From Halocafeteria seosinensis (lineage: Eukaryota), in contig LVLI01000083.1 of assembly GCA_001687465.1 (NCBI GenBank), positions 1 through 48,499 of the forward strand: 48,499 bases of DNA. Direction: 5' to 3'. A model generated the notes under the pieces. The model was not told the origin of the DNA. It searched no databases and saw only the letters and a program-made list of their open reading frames with translations. This document shows, piece after piece, positions 34,852 through 47,757 of the stretch (within the stretch, counting starts at the first letter, position 1; each line of letters begins with the position of its first letter). A program made the position numbers and the translations under genes.

Positions 34852-35500
34852 AACGGTGCTCGTGCTCCTGGGTGGGTTTCTTCGTATGCAAGAACACTAC
34901 CACGATTATATCGGTGTTATGAGACTTGGCGACAGCACTACGATATTAGACAGTCCTTATATGCACCATGATGCTTCTTCCAACGTTCGCACGCTCTCCG
35001 AGAGAACGTTTATTACCGACCAATCCCCAATCCCCAATGACAATGACGTCATTCTGTCAGACTGTCTTGCTTTCTCCCACCACACACCGTTGTAGGAAAC
35101 GGACAATAAGAGTGCTTCTTCCACCGTAGAGTGCCCTTACAGGAGTTAACGAGAGGAAGCTGAGACAAGCCATATCCCCAAATTACCTAGGGCCAGAGCG
35201 GAGACATCATGGAGTACAGTGCAAATCTTTCCACTTAAGATCGTACAGTTACGAAGAGAAGTCAGGGGATGAGTCACTTAAGTGTCATATTGCTATGGCA
35301 GGTCTTGCCAGTCAACAAAATGCTACGTGCGGTGGAATTTGCTGACGGCGCAGAATGAGAGTGCCGACAGAACTATTCGAATATCGGGTATAACTTGTTG
35401 TCCGGTAGGAGCAATACCAATACACACTGTCACCCTCTGGATATACATGTTGCTCGCGTTGCTTTGCGCTTCTTTGATCAAACACAATTTTTCTCAAATA

Positions 35501-36733
35501 TCAATGCTTCATCTGAAGCATAATCTGTACACAACTCGCCTACCATGTCCTCACATCCTCAGGGGAGAGTAGAGAGGAAACTGGAAAACGAGTCCCCAAC
35601 GCCCGTTTTTACCATGCGTCGTGAAGAATCTGTATACCGTCCTCCGTCACGTAATGCCATGTATCAAAAGCTATCGTCTCTCCAAGTGCCATCTGTGAAT
35701 ATCTTCGCAGCTTCAGTGAAGTCCTGCAAGTCAGAAGGGAGGCGTGCTGTGCTCTCTACCCTGGGCCCTTCTCTCCGTCCTTTAGCGAACACTGGCTCTT
35801 CAATACGAAACTTTTGGAAGGACCCCTTAGTACGTTGAATATCATCGCTAGATCCATCATACATATATAAACTGCGCAAGGTCAGGGTGACACCATGTAT
35901 CGGAAACACTGTTCCTTGATCCAGCGAGTTGGACATGTCGTTTTCATCGAAATAGTTGAAACTGCTTGATACTCTAATTCGCTGACCAGGTCCCCGTAAC
36001 TCTTGTGAAAACGCGGGAGCTATGTCGTTATCCTGTTTTCTTGACTTCGTATTCTTCTGTTCCCAGTTTGCCTTAGACTTGCAGTTATTCTTTTCTTGTT
36101 GCTTTGGCGTCCTCGAGGGTGGAAATTCCTTTGCAAAGAAATGAATAATTTCCGTTGTTTCAGGACTTACGAAACTGTCTCAAGGCGCTGTGGTAGGGAT
36201 TCTTCAGGACCAATGAAACCCTGGAGCAATATGAATGTTGACAAGGACCTTAAGAAATGCGCGATGTAGCAGACAGAACTTCCTCCTTACCTGCCCGGGA
36301 AGTACCGCGAGATTGCAATCCATTTTTTGCCAAGTTTATCACAGTACTGGAACAGTTGCAGTCTTCATTGCTCAGTCTTTCTCAACGAATTCCTGGTGCC
36401 AGCACATGTGTGTACCTGGCGATCGTCGCGAACATCGTAACATTTCACCACGTTTGATATTCTTTACTCTAGGTCAGTAACTAACCTTGCCCTAATCTGA
36501 ACGCATGATCGCTATGGAATATGCCTTCTTATCCGAATCCAGGAGACTTGCGTGGAACGCGGAAGTGTGCCCCTCGGATTGCCTCCAAGAGCTTTTCATC
36601 CTCCTGCGTTTGTTTTCCAAACGCTTGCAACGGAAAAGCATTAGCCAGGTGCAGAGCCATTCACGCTTACCTCCTTTGTCCATAGGCCTCTCGGTGGCTT
36701 TCTCACAGTGTAAACTTCTTTGACTGGTTGCAT
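35501..36733 (-). pseudogene. R2R3-MYB pseudogene (copy A)
   Basis: Same exon layout as copies B-D (MQPVKE..RGLWTKE|EDEKLL), but exon 2 has a 10-nt deletion and a TGG-to-TAG change, and there are further indels. Confidence 0.8.
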
Positions 36734-37908
36734 TGCACTGAGAGCCTGTTTACAGTCCAGTGAAGTGTGAGTTCAAATAGATGACAAGTGGAGCGCTCAG
36801 AGTAGCCAAATACGACAATCTAAGACGACCGCACCTCCTCCAAAACAACAATTCCAGCTAACCCCGTATTATTCGTAGCGAGCGCGGTAGCCTGATACCT
36901 AGTGGTACAACAACACTGTACTGCCCGCTGGAAGCGGTTGCGCCTGAAAGACTGGCTACATACACATAATCACTTGCTGTGATCTTTTCTTACCTGTGTC
37001 GAGAGAACTTAAAATGTTGAGCTGTCGCTCAACACGTTCTTTGTTGTTTGCTTTGTAAACTATTATTCATTCAGACAGTCCACCGCGAGTATCTTGCCGT
37101 TCAAAGTCGCATAGCAGTCAGTGAGGTTGAAGCCGTGTCTCGGAGATTAAACTACATGTACCAAGGAATGCCTTCAACATTACAGCCGATATCTACAACG
37201 ACAGGTTACGAGGAGCCCACTGATATTTAATATTTACAATGACATGAGCTAGGTTAAACGTTTCGTCAGTGGTCGCTTCTATCTATTTCAGCACGTCATG
37301 GGGAGAGAACCCAACGTCTTGGCTGACTCACGTAAAGCAGTGCTCATTGCCATAAGAGTGCCCATACTTGTAGCTGGTGGAAGCACGCTGTGGATTCCAC
37401 CAGGGGACAGAATCCTAGCGTTCTGTGCATTTTACTCCTACTGTACAAAATCAAAGTTTCATACGAGACGATACTGCATCTTTCATTAACGCGTAGCGGA
37501 CTTTGATTGAAGAATCAGAGCTATAAGTGTGCTAGCTGGTAGAGATAGGCTAGCATGCTGTGCGCAATGAGTTTGGGATAAATAGGAGTGAAATGAAGAA
37601 GCCCCCCACGTCCAGTTCGGAACTTACCGGTATGTGATGGGTAACTGGAGTCTCGGAGTATCAATGGCGAAATTTTTTATTAAATTTAATAGTTTTAAAA
37701 AAAATCGAATATTAATTAGGTGTGGCAAGTCTGGGAGCAAACTAGCTATTTATGGTAGTGTTCACTAGCATGCTCGATAGTCCTCCGCACTGGATTAGCC
37801 GACGGTATGGATATTCCACCGACGACATGGAAATAATCGCGGNAGGCTATTTGAGAAGTACCGCCAGTCTACTAGTCACGCTCACGCACTAATTATCTCA
37901 AATATCTA

Positions 37909-39190
37909 TCATTCATCTGCCACCAAATCTGTACACAATTCGTCCACGCTGTCCTTAGACCAATCATCAGGAAAGACGAAAGTAGAAAAGGACTCTTCAG
38001 CGGTGGCCTCCACGATGTTTACAGTGGGCCCTTCTGAACTCGTATACCGCTCTGTCTCCCATGATGTGGTGCATGGATCGTTACCTAATGTAAAACTGCC
38101 ACCTGCGGGTATTGTTTCAGCGTTCGCGGAGTCAAGAATCAGTGTTGTGTTCTCTGCCGATGAAGCTGCCACTGCGAACCCTTCTCTCTCCCCTGTAGCG
38201 AAGGCTGATTCTTCAATTTGAAAGAATTGAAATGAATTCTCTGTACGTTGGGCATCGTCGCTAGCCTCATCATATAAACTCGGCAAGGTCGGATCCGCAC
38301 TATGCATCGGAGAAAATGTTTCTTGCTCAGAGTTGCTTCCACAGAGGGATACGGACACGTCGTTTTCATTGAGATAGGGGAGACTAGGTGATAGGCTCGT
38401 CGGGTAATCAGGTTCTCTTAATTTTTGCGGCAACGGGGGAGCTAAGTTGACCTGATTGGTTTTCAAATTAGTATGTTCCTGTCTCCACTTTGCTTTGGAA
38501 TGCCAGGTACCATCTCGTTTCCTCGAAGGTAATTCTTTCGCAAAAAAGTGAAACATCTCCGCTGCTTCGGGAGTTTCCTTACCACTAACTCGGCGAAATT
38601 TTCTCAAGGCACTGTGATACGAATTCTTAAGGACCAAAGAAGTCCTGCTCCCGCATGCAGACATCAATTAAGTCGTGAAGAGACGAGTAAGATAAAGTCA
38701 GAGGGTCGCTCTTACCTGCCGGGGAAATACCGCGAGATTGCAACCCATTTTTTGCCAATTTTATCGCAGTACTGTAGTAGTTGAAGGAGCTCTTCATTGC
38801 TTAGTTTGCCGCGCCGAATTCCAGGTGCCAGCACATGTGTGTATCTGAGGATTGCCACGAACGCCTTTGACACTTTCCCCGCAGTTGAGATTAAGTTAGA
38901 GACACTTGGCTCTCAAACTCTAGTTCACTAACGAACCTTTCTCTAATTTGAATACAAGTTCTCCAGGGAATGTGCTTTCTTATCCGAATCCAGGAGACTT
39001 GTATAGAATGTGGAAGTTTGCCCCGGTATTCTTCTCGGATTGCGTCCAAGAGTATTTCATCTTCCTGCGAGTGTTCTCCGACACTTCTAAAGGAATGAAG
39101 TAACAACACTGACCCATTGACACTTACCTCCTTTGTCCATTTCCCCCTCGATTTTTTTCTCGTAGTGGAACCTTCTTTCGTTGGTTGCAT
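37909..39190 (-). CDS. R2R3-MYB transcription factor (copy B); 4 exons
   Basis: KWTKE|EDEILL..SWIRI..RTCIQIRER|YTHVLAPGIRRGKLSNEE..KKWVAIS..PGR|TSLVLKNSYHS, followed by an acidic tail. Introns at 39127-39065, 38936-38845 and 38715-38645. Confidence 0.85.
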
Positions 39191-40385
39191 TGCGCTTAGA
39201 GCCAGTTTACAATCGTACGGCACAGAACCTGAGCCAAAATAGATGATACGCTTAAAGTAGCCCAATACCTCAATCCAAACACGACGAACAAACAATACAG
39301 CATTCCCAGCATTACCCATGTCGATGACTCTGGACTAGTAGCCTAATACGGTATGTAGCTATGTTGCTACGGTCGGAAGCGGTTACGCTTGCAACACTGA
39401 CTACAGACGCCATCATTTGCTGTGATCTTTTCTTACCCTTGTCGAGAGAGCTTAAAATGTTGAGTTGCGGCTAAACATTCTCCTTGATTGTTTGCGTAGA
39501 AAACATTGTGCATTTACGCAATGCACCGTGAATATCTTGTTCTCCAGAATACCATAGCCGTCGGTTGAGGTTGAAGAGCTGTCTTGGAAATTCAACTCTA
39601 CTGTCTACATGTATTACACTCACTGTCTCTCGCTGCCTCTAAGGACGCCTTCAACATTACAACCGATATCTGCAAAGGCAGCTTACTAGGAGCCCAGTGA
39701 TATTCCAGTGTATATGAGCTGCGCCAAACGTTTTTTTACGGATCACTCACTACCGGTATCCATTTGAGCACGTTACCACGCGGAGAACCCAGCGTCTTGG
39801 CTGACTCAGGTACAAGTACAACTACAGTACAGTAGTGTAGTGCTGGTAGTGCTGAGGGACCGCCAAATAGCGCCGATAAGCTAGTACCCATTTACATCAT
39901 TGAGGGTGTAATCAAATCAAAGGCTATTGCATATACATTAATGAAAGATGCAGTATCGCCACGTATGCAAGTGCAATTGCTGTACAATAGAAGTATGATG
40001 CACACAACACTACATGTACACCTCCCTTGAATCAAGAATGTGCTACCAGCTGCAATGGTAGAGATACTATCGCATGCTGCACCAACGAGGAGTTTGAGGA
40101 AGTTAAACGTGAAATGGTGGAGTCCACATCCAGTCCCGAGAATCGAGCTTAGGATAGAGATGACTGAAGGCTTGCTTGACCGACTCTTGGGCTCTGGCAA
40201 ACCTGGCAGCCAACAAGCGGTTTGAGTTAGTGTACGTTCGATCAGCCTCCGCATTAGATCAGGGCACTTCCCAACACTACATGGCCCATGGGAAACGTTA
40301 TGGATGACAACGGGTAAAAGCTCTGCTGGTTATAGCTGGCCTTTGCTCGAACAATAATTACCAGTACCTCAAAAATAAGACAGAA

Positions 40386-41582
40386 TTATTCATCTGCCAC
40401 TAATTTAGCACACGATTCGTCCCCGCTATCCTCGACCCAGTCCTCAGGAAAGAGGGAACTAGAAAACGACTCTCCACCGCCCCTCTCCAGTATGTTTGCA
40501 GTGAGTCCTTCCGCCTCACATGTTATCGTAGACGAATTGTTATCTTCTCCAATAGTGGTACCTGTGGGCAGTGTTACAGCGCCAGCGGAGTCAGAACGCA
40601 CCAGTGACGAAGTAGCTGTTAGTGTGGGTTCCGTGGAGTCTATTGATCGGCCACTTTTAAAGGTTTGGGAGCGATTCTCTGTACGTTGGAGATTATCCGT
40701 AGATTCATCATATAAACGGAAACTGGGCGCTGACAGCGACGTATCGTTGTCATCGAGAGAGGAGAGACTAGGTGACAATCTGGGAGCGAGCTCAGAGTCT
40801 CTCAATTCCTGTACGAATGGGGAAGCTAAATCAACTTCTTTATTCTCAGAGCTGGTACCATGGCAGCTCCATATTTGTGCTGAGTTGCAGGTGGGTTCTG
40901 GTGGACTCGGCTCCCTCGAAGCGAGAGGTAGTTCTCGCGCAAAAAAGTAAAACATCTCCGTTCGTTCTGGTGTCTCCTTACCAGTGACTCGACGATATTT
41001 TCTCAAGGCACTGTGGTACGAATTCTTAAGGACTAAAGACGTCCTGCTTCCCAAAAACATATATCGAGTAATTAAGAGGCGAAGAAAGGAACACTAGATA
41101 CGGAAAGGGCCGCCCTTACCTGCCAGGGAAATACCGCGAGATTGCAACCCATTTTTTGCCAAGTTTATCGCAGTACCGAAGTAGTCGAAGGAGCTCTTCA
41201 TTACTCAGCCTACCTCGCCGAATTCCTGGTGCGAGTACATGCGTGTACCTGAGGATCGCCACGACAGTCATGCCATTTCACTGCTGTTACTCTACCATAT
41301 GGTACCTTGTAGTTTGAGTAACTAACCTTTCTCTAATTTGAACACAGCTTCGCCAGGGAATGTGCCTTCTTATCCGAATCCAGGAGACTTGTGTAGACTG
41401 TGGAAGTTTGCCCCGGTATTCTTCTCGGATTGCGTCCAAGAGCATTTCATCTTCCTGCGAGGTCTCAAGCACTTTTGACAGGAAAGAGTTAACACAAGCA
41501 CAGAACCATTCACACTTACCTCGTTTGTCCATTTGCCTCTAGATTGTCTTGTTGCAGTGTAACCTTGTTTACGTCGTTCCAT
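40386..41582 (-). CDS. R2R3-MYB transcription factor (copy C); 4 exons
   Basis: MERRKQG..RGKWTNE|EDEMLL..RSCVQIRER|YTHVLAPG..PGR|TSLVLKNSYHS, with the same intron positions as copy B. Confidence 0.85.
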
Positions 41583-44500
41583 TGCACGGGGAGCCAGTTT
41601 GCACAGTGGGTGCGCCAGAAATTCACCTGAGTCAACATAATGTGATGAGTAGGACGTTCTAGCTAAGTACCACAATCCAACAAAATCAATACTCCTAGAG
41701 GAAACACTAAATGTTACGCCAGCATCATCCACACCGTGGACTTGGAATGCTGTTACTACAACCGGAAGCCGTTACAGAGCAGTCTGATTTGATTCAGCTG
41801 ATTGCGGGTCTCGGCTGGGGGATTGCACAATATTTCCTTACCCGTATAAGTGGGAGCTTAAAATGCTGATCTTTGGCTCAACATATTCAACTCCTATTTT
41901 ATATGTTGTACCAAAAAAAAAAAAATGTTGTGCATTTGGCAATACGCTGTGGATACTTGTATGTTGTTCTACGCCGAGCTGGTTGAGGTTGAACTGCCCT
42001 CCGGAGCATTGCACGCTGTCTCTCCTCTGTCTTCGACGAACTACCGTTATCTACAACGGGGGGCATATCATCAGTAAGCAAAGTTTAATACAGTATGCAC
42101 AGACTGTGAGCGCGGCTCCCAACGTTTCGTCGATTATCTCTGTCCGCTCAAGCACGTTACTCGTCTTCAGCGCCGTCTCACCGTACCTCCGACAGCGTTT
42201 TGACTGGCTTACATAATCCTGAGTTACCTCTTGTTTGGTACGATAGTTTGTTTCCTGGAAGATTTATAGGGTAGGTCAATGCCATTGTTTACGCCTGCGT
42301 CATCTGATCATACGAGGCTTTAGCAGTTGTGCAACACGAACCATGCGATGATGCAGTGCGGTCGATAATATCGACTCGACACCAGGACAAGACGTTACAT
42401 TGTAGGCAATACTACGTTCAATTCCACAATTTAGTTTCATAAGCTAAACTGGCAATGGTACGATAGCCCTACTGGACATAACTGGGAGATCATTAAACGG
42501 CAAGGATCCTGCAAACTACCAAACACGACCAGGTAGACAATCTTCTGGCACGCTGGCCTTGGTGGCAACAAAAATAAACAACCTGCACACTTAAGGTCGT
42601 TAGAGGAGAAAGCACCCAATGGGAGATTTCAAGGAGAACTCGACCTTTTCTTTCCCTAATCTGGGCAAGAACGTTAGCGGTAGGACGCACCGCTTGTTTT
42701 CTCCAATACCCCTGACTCTTGTTTCCAAATAAGCAGGTGAATTTGTCCTATCTACCTCTTACACTGATCTCACTTTTACCGGTATCCTTATGACGCTGGT
42801 ATTGTTTTGCAAATAACTCCCAGAAGAGTTGTGAGACGTGCCGGCTCATGTGGTTGTGGCCTGCAGACTTCCGATCTTGCGACACAAGTGGAATGCGGAT
42901 TTGGATAATCGATTCACGTACAGATTTCTGCTGCAATTCCGGAATGATGAGTTCTTCATTACGTAGCTGGGTAACAGCCTGGGCTCCGGGCTCCGGGTAT
43001 CGAAAATTCCAGCTCCAGTTCCAGCTCATTGCCTCTCTTGCGGTTGCCAGTGCGTTGGGCGAAAGCATCCGGAGGATTAAGGAAATTCTTCCATAAGTGG
43101 CCTATAGAATACAGCTCATAAAAAAAAGTGGAGATCATTGAGCCCTAGTGAAAGCTCTAAGGTCCTGGACAACCTGCACTCCCTACACCAGAAATTACAT
43201 TGTATGTACCTCACCTGCAATCCATCGAGTGAAAGCACCGGTACATACATCACTGCGATCTATCGCTTTGAGTAAGGGAGTAACAACCCAAACTTCAAAA
43301 GTAAATGACAGACGGCTAACCAGCGGTACGGTACGTCGTTGACATAGCAACTCATACCGGCTCTCCTGAGGTCACTTCAAGTCTTTAATCAATCAGCGTG
43401 AAACCGTACCTGCAAATTCCTGTATTGTTAATGCCTGGTTATAGTTCAACTCGTCCAACAATAAAGTACAGAACATGCAGAAAGCCTGGCAGTGGAGGAG
43501 CTCCACAGGCCTGCTCTAAAATACAGTCAACGTATCACCGCTGGTACCTCAGAAGGCTCTCTTGGGATCCGAGAAGGTCTAAGGCCGCTGGCGATCAGCA
43601 TGCTTTGTTTTCTCTTTCCCATGAGTGGACCAAGAGTTGCATCGCTTGGAAGCCTCAACGCAACATCAGTTGAGTCACAGTGCCAGCAATTGTTCTACAG
43701 CCCATGCGACGGCGGGATTCCAGAGATTCCTCGGTGACCGAATCGGCAGTAGGACTCCGTCATAAAAACCAGGGAGGCCCTAGGAGAATATATATATACT
43801 ACTATTTACTTCGAGGGATTTTAGTGCTAATGTATGCAGACGTATCAGACGTTTGAAGTGACTCGCGCGGGACGTACAAATTCAAATCTGTGCAGTAAAC
43901 TGCCGAACGCACCGGATATACGGTATGGTCCAAATTACCGGGCTTCATCCTCCGCAGCGAAGTAGAAGCTATTTGGTTACTTGCGTTACCAGACGATAGA
44001 TTCCTAGCAGGAACCAAGGCAAGCACGTAGGTACAGGAGTCGGAGGATCTCCGGGAGTGGAAGTTAACTCATTGTTAGTCCCGAGTCGCGCAACATAGAG
44101 ACCTCCCATAGAGAAAAGATTTACACCAGATTGCCGTGCCCAACTCAGCGATTAGTTCGGTATACGTACTCGGAAACTTACTACAGAGGTGTGACCAAAA
44201 GGTTACAGTATATATTAAATGTGTACTGACTCAACATCGAAAAGGAGATATTCTGCGGTACTTAGTTTTTCAAGTAAGACTCCTCACATGTTGCATGATA
44301 ACTCGCTGAAGCATTGTGTTTATTTCTCACAGGAAATGGGGTTTCGGCATGCGGGCAACGTGAGAACAGCTAATGCGGCATTCGCATGTAGCCCATCAAC
44401 AGTTTCATCAGGTATAGAGTTGTCACAGGACCTGCAGTAAGTTTACTGTTCAGCGCCGAAGATTCGTGGCTGTCTTCAGAAGGAGAGCCACCACCTGAGA

Positions 44501-44659
44501 AACCAAGGATGAGCGTAAACCTGCTCCATACTGATTTGATCGTCAGGGTGTACCCTAAGCATTCGCTCAATTAAGTGATCCAATGCTATTGCTCATGGCC
44601 TGAAGAGAGCCTACCAGGGGCTAGTAACCAACGGCATCAGGTTAGACGATCTATCGAAA

Positions 44660-45888
44660 TTACGTTGTCGCCCTGCGGCAAGTGCTTGACTCTGATCGCT
44701 CTTTTTGAAGCACCTCCGCAGCTTCCCATTTCTGCAGATACGGTCGGAGATCATCACTTGTAGTGTCGATCTCCATCAGAAAACATTTGAGGCGCGGTAG
44801 CTCTTTGTCCCACTGACTTCCGTAGAAAGGTAAACACAAAAGTCCATTATCCGGTTGGGAGGCTACTGAGTGCGGAGAATCGTCAACTAGGACGGACCTC
44901 TGCAGGTTAGCGCCAAGTGCTTTCAATTTTTTTCCTTTTCCGTCGGGCGAATGGCAGCAATACCGATTTCGTATGATCGACGAGCGAGGATCTAAGTACT
45001 TGATAACGGCGTCGGCATAGACGGGAGCAGACGCCGTGAAGATATAAATCTCATACAGTTTGCTCATTTGACGAAGGAATTCGTCGCAGTGGGGACGCTT
45101 CCTCAGGTATAGGTACATGGTTTCTCCCTCTCGTGTGACTCTGAGTTCCTTGTGGAAATGACGTGGTTTCTGGAGATCAGCAATGTCGAAGCCTCCATGA
45201 GGTACAAAATTGTATGGAATCGGTATGATAGTGTGTCAACCGAAGACATCCTTACCTTAGTGGTACATCTGACCAATGTTTCATCAAGGTCTAAGAACAG
45301 CTGAGGCTTCTCCACCTGCATTGACTAAGGAGACATTCCTACAATATCATGGTTTATGACATCATTTGCACAGTGCTCACAATTGACAATTTGTGTGTCT
45401 TCAGCGGGAGGACCTGAGGTCAATTCAAGATGGCTTTGTCCTAAGAATCACAAAAACAGGCTGTATCAAAATCCTTACCTGGGTACTGGTACACTTAAGC
45501 TTCTCCAAAATCCTGGAAAGCTTACAGGAACCTCTGCTGTCGTCCGACGTTGAGCCGTTGTGATCATGTATCTGCGGCAAATCCTATGGTAACGGATAAA
45601 GCGCTTCTTGAGATACGCAAGGACTGCATACCTGTTCTCGAAATGCACCCGCATCTTGGGCGTTGCGCTTCAACAGGTTTTTGGAAAACCGGGTTGATGC
45701 CGCATAGTAGGTTTTTGGCCTGGGGGTTTTGGATGTTCTCAAACCATCTTCGTCTGCGACAAAACGTGCGAGCAAACTCTTCACGAGGAGTGATTTTGGC
45801 TCTAATTCGCCGCAAAGATCTTACATCGTTTCTGGAATTCCCCGTTGGTATCGGACAAATGCATGCTCAATCTCGATCCGGAGTCCAT
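44660..45888 (-). CDS. CTD small phosphatase-like (NIF/FCP1 family), copy 3; multi-exon
   Basis: PQLFLDLDETLVRC, KRPHCDEFL, FTASAPVYADAVI, VLVDDSP and DKEL. The N-terminal TPRPKTY is shared with copy 1. Confidence 0.8.
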
Positions 45889-46203
45889 AACGGCGCTGCA
45901 GATTGTAGGTTTCTGCGTGCCTAACAGCACTGTTATACGAGAAGTATGAGACTTATCGGATGATACTACAGTTTAAACTGTCTTCATATCCAAAGTAATA
46001 CTTCATTCAATGTCTGTTGCTAACCCATACAACGGCTACTACAATTGTAGCGTAGCATTCTCGCTGGCTGAACAACCCCACCCATAGGAAATGACGTCAC
46101 TCAGTCACTGGCTGGACCCGCTAGTCGAGTGGATAGGTCACTAGTTCCGCCGTAGACTGATTTTACAGAAGTAAATTACATGGCAGGTGAGCTATCTGTC
46201 ACA

Positions 46204-46206
<3 letters not shown>

Positions 46207-46259
<53 letters not shown>
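46207..46259. repeat. (GT)n microsatellite, about 26 units
   Basis: Directly visible in the sequence. Confidence 0.97.
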
Positions 46260-46260
<1 letters not shown>

Positions 46261-46475
46261 CAACACTACGCGTGGGTTCTTAAGTAGCAGGGGTATCCCA
46301 TGCATGTACAGTATACATTACCAGGTAAGAGTGGCAATCAATGGGCAATTAGCTACTGGAGACACCGCGATTATCATATCATATGGATTATATGTTGCTG
46401 TCAACCTCTGGATTTAGCTCGCTTCGCCATCGATCAAGCACAAATTAGCTCAAAATTTCCGAGCCTCAAATAGAC

Positions 46476-47757
46476 TCATTCACTCGCCGTCAAACCTGTG
46501 CACAACTCCACCGCGCTATTCTCAAAACAATCTTCAGTAGAGAGGAAACTAGAAAACGACTCGCTAGAACCGGTTTCAAAGAGGTCTCTAGTGGGCCCTT
46601 CTGTACACGTATACCACCCGTCATCGCATGACGAGGTGTATTGAATGTGTGCCTCTCTCAAAACGCCACCTGCGGGTATTGTTCCAGCGTTCGCGGAGTC
46701 AGGAATCAGTGTTGTGTTCTCTGCCGATGAAGCTGCCACTGCGGACCCTTCTCTCTCCCCTGTAGCGAAGGATGATTCTTCAATTTGAAAGAATTGAAAT
46801 GAATTCTCTGTACGTTGGACATCGTCGCTAGCCTCATCATATAAACTCGGCAAGGTCGGATCCGCACTATGCATTGGAGAAAATGTTTCTTGCTCAGAGT
46901 TGCTTCCGCAGAGGGATACGGACACATCGTTTTCATTGAGATAGGGGAGACTAGGTGATAGGCTCGTCGGGTAATCAGGTTTTCTTAATTTTTGCGGCAA
47001 CGGGGGAGCTAAGTTGACATGATTGGTTTTCAAATTAGTATGTTCCTGTCTCCACTTTGCTTTGGAATGGCAGGTACCATCTCGTTTCCTCGAAGGTAAT
47101 TCTTTCGCAAAAAAGTGAAACATCTCCGCTGCTTCAGGAGTCTCCTTACCGTTAACTCGGCGAAATTTTCTCAAGGTACTGTGATACGAATTCTTAAGGA
47201 CCAAAGAAGTCCTGCTCCCGCATGCAGTCATCAATTAAGTCGTGAAAAGACGAGCAAGATAAAGTCAGAGGGTCGCTCTTACCTGCCGGGGAAATACCGT
47301 GAGATTGCAACCCATTTTTTGCCAATTTTATCGCAGTACTGTAGTAGTTGAAGGAGCTCTTCATTGCTTAGTTTGTCGCGCCGAATTCCCGGTCCCAGCA
47401 CATGTGTGTATCTGAGGATTGCCACGAAAGCCGTTGACACTTTCCCCGCAGTTGAGATTAAGTTAGAGACACTCGGCTCTCAAGCTCTAGTTCACTAACG
47501 AACCTTTCTCTAATTTGAATACAAGTTTTCCAGGGAATGTGCTTTCTTATCCGAATCCAGGAGACTTGTATAGATTGTGGAAGTTTGCCCCGGTATTCTT
47601 CGCGGATTGCGTCCAAGAGCATTTCATCTTCCTGCGAGTGTTCTCCGACACCTCTAAAGGAATGAAGTAACAACACTGACCCATTCACACTTACCTCCTT
47701 TGTCCATTTCCCCCTCGATTTTTTTCTCATAGTGGAACCTTCTTTCGCTGGTTGCAT
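46476..47757 (-). CDS. R2R3-MYB transcription factor (copy D); 4 exons
   Basis: Near-identical to copy B over exons 1-3, the introns and most of exon 4; the C-terminus is divergent. Confidence 0.85.

Noticed and set aside
37665..37720. AT-rich palindrome (tattaaatttaata) as a MITE end
   Set aside because: Low complexity and no partner terminus.
39380..39385. YAACNG 'autoregulatory MYB site' upstream of all four MYB copies
   Set aside because: It coincides with the likely branch point of the conserved leader intron, so splicing explains its conservation.
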